Below are positions 52,243-61,731 of a DNA stretch of 64,000 bases, piece after piece (position 1 is the first letter of the stretch; every line of letters begins with the position of its first letter). The stretch lies in NCBI RefSeq assembly GCF_964355755.1, contig NC_092670.1, positions 4,764,201 through 4,828,200 of the forward strand. The letters are read 5' to 3'. Made by a program: the position numbers and the translations under genes. This DNA comes from Antedon mediterranea. Taxonomy: Eukaryota > Animalia > Echinodermata. The notes below the pieces were generated by a model. That model worked only from the letters and a program-made list of their open reading frames with translations. It made no database searches and had not been told where the DNA came from.

Positions 52243-52573
52243 AGATGTATTTTCCCCCTGAAAAAATAATTCTTAACAAAATTTTGATTGAAAATGCCAT
52301 TTTAATGTAACATAATAGTTATTCACTTTGACCAACAATTTGATCGAAAAAAATGTATTTACCTGAAAAATCTGTAATTTAAAGTAAAAAATGGTCAAAT
52401 TGGCTGCCAGTCAATGTTTTTTTTTTTAAATTTAACCACTTATTTTGTCATTTTATTAGTGAAAACTTTTTTTTTCAGGAAGTGATTAACTTGATTAACA
52501 CTACAAAATAACATATTAAAAGTTTGATTTAATTAATCTTCATTTTTTCATATTTTTAGGGGACAATACATCT
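52243..52573. mobile_element. Kolobok-like MITE with TTAA TSD
   Basis: TTAA-AGATGTATTTTCCCC...GGGGACAATACATCT-TTAA. Confidence 0.75.
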
Positions 52574-53344
52574 TTAAACAACCCATACAGTACACCTGAA
52601 GCCTACACATAATGTTAATTTGGTTATTGTTTAGTGTAGGCCTTTAGCATGCAAATACTATTTAAACCGTTCTAGAATAATTTGTATTGAGTGGATGCTT
52701 ATTGACAGTGCTTTTAATAAAGAACCAATGTATGATGACAATGGCATTACAGTATTTTCTAAATTGTCAACAACAGTTAAATATTTGCTCAGGTAACACA
52801 GTTATACACGGGCACATGGGCTACTAAAAGACCGATCATCATCCACGCAAATTTCCTCCTGCAAACATTCCTGTATTAAAATAAGCATAATGACTATAAT
52901 AACCATTGTGAATCTAAGAGGTTGAACACAGGTATGTTAATACTTTATTAAAATGGGTTTTCCCATCTACGCTTTTGCACCGTTTTTGAAGTGGCGACGC
53001 GGACATTGACAACTGCCAACCAGCGAGTCATCCTATCATGCTACAGTATCGCGGATTGCTCATTACTACATGAGTTATATTCTTTGATATAACAAAAGAG
53101 TTCAATAGAGTTATAGTTACTGAATATCATGACTGTGACCCACAATCCTCCAATCTAATGACAATAATCTACTAAGGTTTGTTATAATATTTCATTATAA
53201 CAGTAGGCCTAACAGTTATATATCGTGATATTTTCAGATAGGATTCTTATATTATACGGACACAGGACCATATTTATTTTAACACCTTATTATCTGAATT
53301 ATATCTATCCCGTATAGGCCTACATTTTTTTGGATAAAATATAA

Positions 53345-53560
53345 TAGTTTATTTATTTATTATTTACTTATTACTATTTTTTTTATACTCGATAGCCTTT
53401 TCAGTCAAAGACTGGTCTCCCAGTGGGCCCAGTTATTATCAGTGGCTGTGATGTACTAATACACCGGGGTAACCCCCTACTCGTCTTGAAAGATGTACTA
53501 GGTTCTTTAAAGTGCACATGAGCTATGTGTACACTGGACCTACGGTTTATAGTCCTTATA
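53345..53560 (-). mobile_element. SINE fragment (Nin-domain-like core)
   Basis: CCCTACTCGTCTTGAAAGATG..GGTTCTTTAAAGTGCAC..GGACCTACGGTTTATAGTCCTT resembles the reverse strand of Nin-type SINE cores; adjacent (TTTA)n tail. Confidence 0.5.
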
Positions 53561-54544
53561 GTACGGGTTATTATGTCTTCCAGCTCGATATTTGTGCCAA
53601 AATAGATTTTTTTTAGCTAATTGTGTTATTCTTGAGATGCTGAATCCAAAAAAGTTAGGTGCCATTTTTTTAACCACTCCTTCAGCCGCCATTTTGTATT
53701 TCAAAATGGCCAACGTTCCACACTAAAGTTGGTCATCCATGGTATCATTGGAAAGGGAATGTAATATATCAATAAACGCATAGTTATAGTTACATAGTAT
53801 TGCGCAATAAAACAAATCACGTGACCAATAAAAGTCAAAAGGTCAACATGCAATTTCAACCAAATACTGTACTGTTTGGTATTGTTGGATAGATTTTTTT
53901 ATTCTGAATTAAAGTTTATAAATGTTTGCTTGATTTTCTTTCTGCTTTGTCATTGTCCGTTTATATGTTTTATATTATATAACATAATAATTATCTTAAT
54001 ACTGAATAAGTACGGTACTGGATTACACTTAACTTCAATGTCAAGTTTCCGAGTTATTTAAAATCAAAATAACTATAGTCCGTGAACAAAGGTGAAATAA
54101 AGTGGTGTCAAATGACATCTTTGTTTTGTTTTGTTGGATAGCTTTTTAAATTCTGAATCTATTTTATTGTAATTGAACGAATTACGGTGTTTTTAACGTC
54201 TAAAAATTCCCTTTGATTTTTACGTATTGTTTGTGATTATCGCAATATAAATCCTAACTATACATTGTTATTATTAAAAGTCACATAGAATAATTAATCA
54301 AACTATACTTGTTTGTGGTAACTTAATTTTAAGAACTTATCGGAAAGAAGGGAAGCAATATCCGCATTCCAGCAATATTCAAAATAGTTTGAGAAAAAAA
54401 GAAATCTTCAGACACCTTATAAATGACATGTAACGATTTCAGTTATTGAATTCCATTTTATAAATTTGTATTTTGATTTTGTTACTTTTAGTGCGACCGG
54501 CTTTGACCAAACACCGGTAGGGAATGAAATCGGCTTTTATGTAT

Positions 54545-56807
54545 TACTAGCAATTATACCCGCCCCAGGGCGGGTTTCAAAATTAGTTTACAGCCTTCTC
54601 AGTACATAACAACCGACGGCAGTATCTGTCTATACTCTCACCAACCTCCACCCCTCTTCAATAACACCCCATACTCTCTCTTAAAAACAAATTCTTCCCA
54701 GTGATGGACAAATTCAATTCAACCTAAGCTTCGAATTGAGAGGAGTATGCATAGTAGTCTGGGCTCCAGACGGAGTTTGTTTCTTAATATTAGTAAAAAT
54801 ATAAACATTTTTGCACATATGGCGTTTCATACGTGTATTACTTGAGTTTGGATACTCCGTCTGGGGAAACACGCAAAAGTCACGTGGTTTGACACCAAGA
54901 ATTCTTGGTGCATAGATTATCCGGTTGACTAGTTTCAGCTGCATGCGATTGGCTACTCACTCGTACACTGTTTTAATATTCATATTTCAGAATTTCAAAG
55001 ACTCAACAACTAAGATGGTACGCATGCGCTATGTTACGTTTAGACAATGTACTTTGGTACATTGATCGGGACATTGATGAAAGTTTCTGAAGGCTAGAAA
55101 TGATTTTATATGCCTAGTAGTAGTCTGGTAATCATTTGATGGGATTTTCCCCAAGAACATGAAAACTCGTCTTGCTTCTCCGCGAATCAAACATTGAATG
55201 GATCATTTAATATTACGCGGAGATAATTTGATTTAAATCCCACCTAGACCCTGTCCTGTTATGTGTAGTGGTGTCGTAGCCCTGTCTGTTGTGTGTGAAT
55301 CCTGTTGTGTGCCGGTGGTGGTATGTAGGCCTACCTCTTATTGGCGTTTTATTTGGCAGATCATACTTGCGAGGCCTAGGCTAAGGACTAAACAATTAAT
55401 AAACAAAACAACTTGGCAACACAATTTCATTATTTCAACAGTCTCGATCGTACATTCAGCACTGTACGTACTCGATCTTTTTCATTTTGAAACAAAATGA
55501 TCATTGGTTGATTCGAAATCCATATTTACATACCGCCCGCCCCATATAGCAAAATTGCGGTCTGCAAATCGATTTCTATACGTGTTTCACAAGTCTGTAT
55601 TTTCAGACAAAAATCGCGGTCGAAATAAAAACAAATAAATTATTTAAAAAAAACAATACAGACTTGGAGCAAGTCTATGCATAGCTACGATGGGTCTAAT
55701 AATGGTTGAAGTACGTTGTTAACCTTAACTCCTCCCCTGGACAGTTCAAATTTAGTAACTTTTCCTATTACAATTCCAATCATATAGGCTACTTCATTAC
55801 GCCAGCATTTTCGGTCCTCCTCCTCCCACTTCAAACACACCCCAGATACTGGGTAACGTGTTTAAGAAGGTTTCAATAAAAATTATTTTAGCCATCTCCC
55901 AACCCATAATCCCTCAGTGGCAGTTTTCATAAGTAGTTTAAAACATTCCCAATACAGTTTCGGTCTTGGTGATAGGCCTACATCCCCACCCCATCCCATG
56001 GATAATTAAAATACTTTAACATTTTGATACCCCATGGTTACATGCAGAAACAGAAATTTGTAAAACGAACAAACATCGAAAGTGCGCCATTTTGACCATG
56101 CATTGTGGCCCCTAACTTGGATCCTAGATGGCGGATGATGTTCAAATATAGTAGTTGAACACAGTAACAGTAAACAACATGTGTATGTTCACACAGGTAT
56201 GGATGTCTGTAATGAGACAACCCAAGAGACCGATACATAGCTGGATATGGTTAAAGTACTTTGCTAAATGTGTAAATGAATAGGTGTCATATTGGTTAAT
56301 GATTAAAATATGTATATCTATATCTATATTTCCCCAAAAGCCTTCCTGAGGATAATTCAAATACTGTAAAACATTTGCAGTATAATTTTACAATTCGATA
56401 GCCTACAACCCCGAGCCCAAGCAAAAATGACATCACAAACCACCCCACCCCCCTCCCAACCCTCCCACAAAAAACCCCAGGACTCGGGGAATTGTTGTAA
56501 TGTAGTTTAAAACCTTCCCGGTACAATTGCGATCATTTTGATACCCCATATGTATGGTTACATGCAGAAACAGAAATTTGTATAACGAACAAACATCGAA
56601 AGTGGGGGTTTTGACCACATTTTGGGCCCTAACTTGGATCCTAGGTGGCGGATGATGTTGAAATATAGCTTAGAACATTCCCGGTACAATTGCGGTCATT
56701 TTGATACCCCATATGTAAGATTATGTGCAGTAACAAAAATGTGTATAACGAACAAACAAACAGACAGACAAACAGACAGACAAACTCTCTCACTTATAAT
56801 ATAGATT
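54545..56807 (+). mobile_element. Helitron/Helentron-associated non-autonomous element
   Basis: Starts TACTAGCAATTATACCCGCCCCAGGGCGGGT (hairpin); ends with (ACAG/ACAA)n then CACTTATAATATAGAT; internal repeats 56020-56150 vs 56535-56670. Confidence 0.55.
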
Positions 56808-57045
56808 ATTATTATTATTAGTGGTGTTATTATTATTATTATTTTATTGTTCTCGGGCATGATCCCATTGTATCCGTTTGTTGTTCGTATTTGTATTCTT
56901 ATGAGTATGAGCATATGCCACCGATTTAATTGTATATTCAATAAATTATGTTATCATCTGAAACGGTGGAAGATTATTCGACTAATTATAGCCTACACAG
57001 TATAGATGAGCTGTTTTCTATCCTGCCTTCATGGTCACCATGAAA

Positions 57046-57170
57046 GCCCCAGTGGTCTAATGGTTAGGACATCTGCATATCAAGCAGGCGGGCCGAGTTC
57101 GACTTTTTCTCATTCTCATAGATTTCCTCATCTTTATCGTTTCAAATTATTTATTTATTTATTTATTTTT
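57046..57170 (+). mobile_element. tRNA-derived SINE fragment
   Basis: A-box TGGTCTAATGG and B-box-like GAGTTCGACT; no 3' acceptor stem; followed by (TTTA)n. Confidence 0.6.
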
Positions 57171-60100
57171 TCCAATTTTTAATTGTTACATAGGACATCA
57201 CATTTTAAAGCTTTGTTTATAGTGATGCCCGATTCAATCAATCAATCAATATATAACTTTTGCTTAAAACCATGTTCAACTGTAGGCCGTTGCCAATATA
57301 CAGTAATCTCCCTAAACAATGCTACTTTTAATACTTACGATATTATATGTTTTCATCTTTTCCATTGATTGTAAACCTCTAACTAAACTTTCCAGTATTT
57401 TATTATTCAACTTCTGTTTCCAATAATAGTCAATATAAACAATTAATTTTTATTTTTATCATTACTGTAAATAATCATTGTATATATTTGATAATTTATA
57501 TTTATATTGGTCTTGTTTTTTTTGTTTGTAAAAATCTACTGTAATATTATACCTTATTGTGGTTACCATTATAACAAATGTACGATTGATTGAATAAAGT
57601 TCACATATAGTATTTCAAATTAATTAATTAAATTTTAGTATATCACCGGGCGGTTTAGAATTAATGTTCTTTGCCTAATGTGTTTATATAAATATGTAAT
57701 TTGAATTTGTGTATCCTTTCATTAGTTTTGTTTACAAAATATTTATTTTGATCAAACAATCAACTTATTTTAATGTTTTGATTTATTTTTTCCTATTTGT
57801 CAATTTAAATTTACTTCTTCCAATCATTTTCTCCTCTTACTTCACTTTGTTCCAATCGACATACTTAAAAGACTACCAAGTTTTACATTTTAATTATTAT
57901 TCTTATGTTATTGTTACAAATGTACACCCATTACCCATTACATTTATCTTAGTATTGGAGGAATTTTCATTTGGTGGGTTTGAAAGTAGGGAACAAGGCA
58001 CCAAATGTCATTACAACATTTTGCAATTGTAATGAAAATAATAAATATATATTTGAGTTGACAGTTTAATATTTGGTTTAGTTTGATACTGTTTTTATGT
58101 GGATATCTACTTATTTAAACATTACGATACAAAGTGATACATATTATTTAGTGTAGGTCTACATAAACAATGTCAGTACACCATGGAAGCCTTTAATATA
58201 CTGATGTTAGGCCTAACTACGAAGAAATTAATATTGAGATTCTATTTAATTATTAATCATTATTATAATATTTAACGATTATAAAGAAGGTCCTATCGCA
58301 CGAACACGTAAATTAATAATTCTCTATATAATTTGACAAATCATGTTACAAAAACAAGAACAGAACGCGTACCATTATTATACTTGTGTTATGTTTGCAT
58401 ATATCGTAATCCGTTTTTACCACAACCAAAGCCATGTATAATTTGTAATTGTGTGAACGCATGTTAAACGTTATATAAGTAGGTGATAATGTTCTCTCTC
58501 AGGTAACACGTAAATCAATACAAATTAACTATAAGAATACTCTGTAAATGACAATAACCCAAATCTGGTAATACGTAAACACTCTAGATTCTAGAAGATA
58601 TAAACTATAATTCGTTAAAATTAGAAAATCGGAAATTCCAATGGGAATAAGTACTAGTCTATACATAGATAATCTTATTTATTTATTGGGGGAATGGATT
58701 TTCCACAATATTGTTCCTGTTACTAGTAGGCCTAGTACTTATTTTTGTCCAGATTGTCACGAACTAACCATTATTTGCTTTTTTCTGACCAATGTAAGTA
58801 CAATCTATTTATAAACATTGACAATATATAGGCCTACAAATGCCAGTCTTCGAGTACGTGATTCGATTATGTAGGCAATGTAGAGATAGGGGAAAGCAAA
58901 TGTTAGGCAATGGCAAAATAACTGGGCCGAATAAGTTCGTTTCCTGCTTCACCTTAAGGGGCCTAATTCCGTCGTGTCAGAGCTCAGCCACCAAACGGCG
59001 TTCATGATTTCTTTTCAATACATTCATTGTTTGCATTGTTTCTTTTATAATACTTAGCTTTGGTATGTTTATCTTATGTTAAATACGTATCGAAGTACTG
59101 CCAAAACGACAGCTTACTATTATATTTATTTATCTATTTTCAAGATGCGATCCCTCACTCTTCATTTCCCGACTAATTTGACAGCTCCACTTCACATATT
59201 ATGAATATGAATAGGCCTAAACCATTTATCCATTATAACGATTTGAACTTACACCTTTTTATCGGCGGTACTCAATGACAATTGGTTCGTGTAAACAAAA
59301 CAAAATACACACACACAATACACCTTGAAATAAATGTATACAAATATACTATATTTGGATAATTTAATTTTTAACGCATTTTCGGCCGCGTATATTGAGT
59401 GTTGTGTGTCATATTTATAGTCACAGTAGTCAAATTACCTTCCCTGATAAAAAAATTATGATTGTAAAACCTGTATGGGACGGATGTGTCTGGTCTCTTC
59501 ATGTGGAAATGGAGAAATTGAAGATACTAAAGATTTTTTTTATATTAAAATTGTAACACTAAATGAAAGAATTACTGTAACCATCTTGCAAAATGATCTT
59601 ACACCCTGCAAAAATGATATATTTATGGATTCCCCATATTAGCAAAATGCTGAGTGATAATAGATAAATGGATATTCTGTTGCAATGAGGAATATCTCAT
59701 CATTTGTGTAAACGTTGCTTGGGAGAAAAACGATCAGAGCTAAAAATCAATTTTTATTGTCTTTCTATTGCCAGTTATTTATATTTTCATTCATTTTATC
59801 TTAACAATTTTAAATGAGCGGCAAACGTTGTTTTGATATCGAAACCAATCATCTTATGTAAGCATAATGATTGTAACTACCGTACTTTACACTGAATGGC
59901 GAACTCTATATTCAACTAATGCAAAACATTTAACATATTTATACAGGATTATACACAATCAAGTAGAAATATACCTGTTTTGCATTGTGGTCCTGTCGAC
60001 AAAAACGGATACAAATTTAAATACAATACAAATACAGTTAATAAAAATAGCAATAAAAAAAAAACAAACAAAAAAACATTATTTGCTTTATAACATGTAG

Positions 60101-60354
60101 GCCTATGTCAAAAGCGGAATAACTCTCTTCAGCCTAGTCTATACTAAACAGAGGATAGTGATACGAAAAAGTCGCTGTTTTGCCAATAATTTTACTTCTT
60201 GTATCCGAAAATGTGGAAAGGAAAGTTACTGTAGATTTACCAATTTTCTAAGCCTTTTGTAGATTAGCGCAATCATCGTATTGGGATTTTGCAAAATCCA
60301 TATCGAAATACTGAATATAATATTTATAAATTACTAATTTTTTTTAGTAGCGAG

Positions 60355-61019
60355 ATGTTGTCAGTAGGCTTATTTAAGAAGATATGCCAACAGGTACCAG
60401 TTATAGTGTGCCGAACTATTTTGCTATTCACATTCACAGACACTAAGCATATTGAAGATGTCACTGCACAAGCTCAATATCACGCTACAATTGGATGTGG
60501 ATTAACAATTGATCCGTTTCCCTGTACTGGAACATCTGGGGATGCATTTCTGGTTCGGGATGGAACAAAAATAGATTGTTCATTAACAAAAAACAAGTGT
60601 GCACTGACTAATCATGAAGGGAAAACGATGCTAACGTTTCTTACTTTGACACGCGAAAACGAAGGGAATTATACGTTTCGATGCAGTACGGATGACGCTA
60701 TTTACCCTTTTAAATTTGAGATATTTGTCGATAATGGACAGTGTATTGAGCATGCGACAACACGTACATGGCCGGTATTTGGTACAAAAAAGCAAGACAA
60801 CAAAGTGGTACAACACAAAGACAACACTACAGTCAAAACAAGCATTATTATTATTCATTCACTCATTCATTCATTCAATCTTTTATTTCTTCTGTTATAT
60901 GTCTTATTGTACTAACAGTGGGATATTATATCTATAAAAAAAGGACAGAAAGGCAAAGACAGAATACATCTCCTTCAATCGACACGGTAACATCAACACC
61001 GTTAACGGTATCCCAATAA
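60355..61019 (+). CDS. Ig-like receptor cluster copy 6; a 32-nt insertion frameshifts the TM (altered anchor or pseudogene)
   Basis: Acceptor/ATG context TTAG|TAGCGAGATG as in copy 4; YHATIGC..FPC..IDCSLTKNKC..HEGK..EGNYTFRC..FEIFVDNGQC. The reading frame stops at 60915. The ancestral TM and tail SSVICLIVLTVGYYIYKKR...VSQ* lie in another frame to 61019. Confidence 0.8.
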
Positions 61020-61020
61020 A

Positions 61021-61598
61021 AGAAATGAATACATTTAAATATCTAGGAAGTCACATCGAATCGTCATCAAAAGATGTTGAAATAAGAATAGCTAAAGCCT
61101 GGACTGCCCTCAACTCACTGATGGTTATTTGGAAATCTTCTCTAACACAGGATATCAAAAGAAAATTCTTTCAAGCCACAGTTGAATCGGTGCTGCTATA
61201 TGGATCCTCTACCTGGACACTAACGAAAGCTTTAGAAGCGAAACTTGATGGTACATACACTCGTATGCTAAAAGCAGTTTTGGACATATCTTGGAGAGAT
61301 CATCCAACCAAACCACAGTTATATGGAAATATGCCTCCAATCTCCTCCACAATCAGACAACGGCGTCTTCGCTTTGCTGGACATTGTTGGAGATCGAAAA
61401 GAGAACTTGTTAGCTATACACTTCTATGGAATCCAAGACATGGTCGTCAGAAGGTTGGACGTCCCCACAAAACCTACATAGATCAACTATGCGAGGACAC
61501 AGAGTGCAATCCGGATGAACTGTCTGCTGCCATGGAAGACCAGAAAGGGTGGCGTATCCGAGTCAAAGAAGCCCGAGAAAGCTCGACATGATGATGAG
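61021..61598 (+). mobile_element. 5'-truncated RTE-clade LINE
   Basis: FKYLGS..DVEIRIAKAW..VESVLLYGSSTWTL..IRQRRLRFAGHCWR; ends with (TGA)n tail. Confidence 0.88.
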
Positions 61599-61731
61599 AA
61601 AAAGTGGTTGTAGAATGAAAGAATTATCTTAACTTAAAAACAACGAGCACAATATCAATGAATCAACGAGGAAGAGAGAATATATAGGCCTACACTGGGT
61701 ATATTCCTCCATGATCGAAAAGCGTCGCATT

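Noticed and set aside
54714-54944. Helitron helicase fragment
   Set aside because: No recognisable helicase motifs in the translation.
57046-57105. Functional tRNA gene
   Set aside because: The T-arm and acceptor stem are incomplete and it runs into SINE-like body sequence. Similar degenerate A/B boxes at ~37830-37890 and ~32262-32293 were also rejected.
12283-61019. Receptor ORFs as integrated viral glycoprotein genes
   Set aside because: No other viral genes are present, spacing is wide, and each ORF has a splice acceptor before its ATG. A remote viral or retro origin of the founder cannot be excluded.
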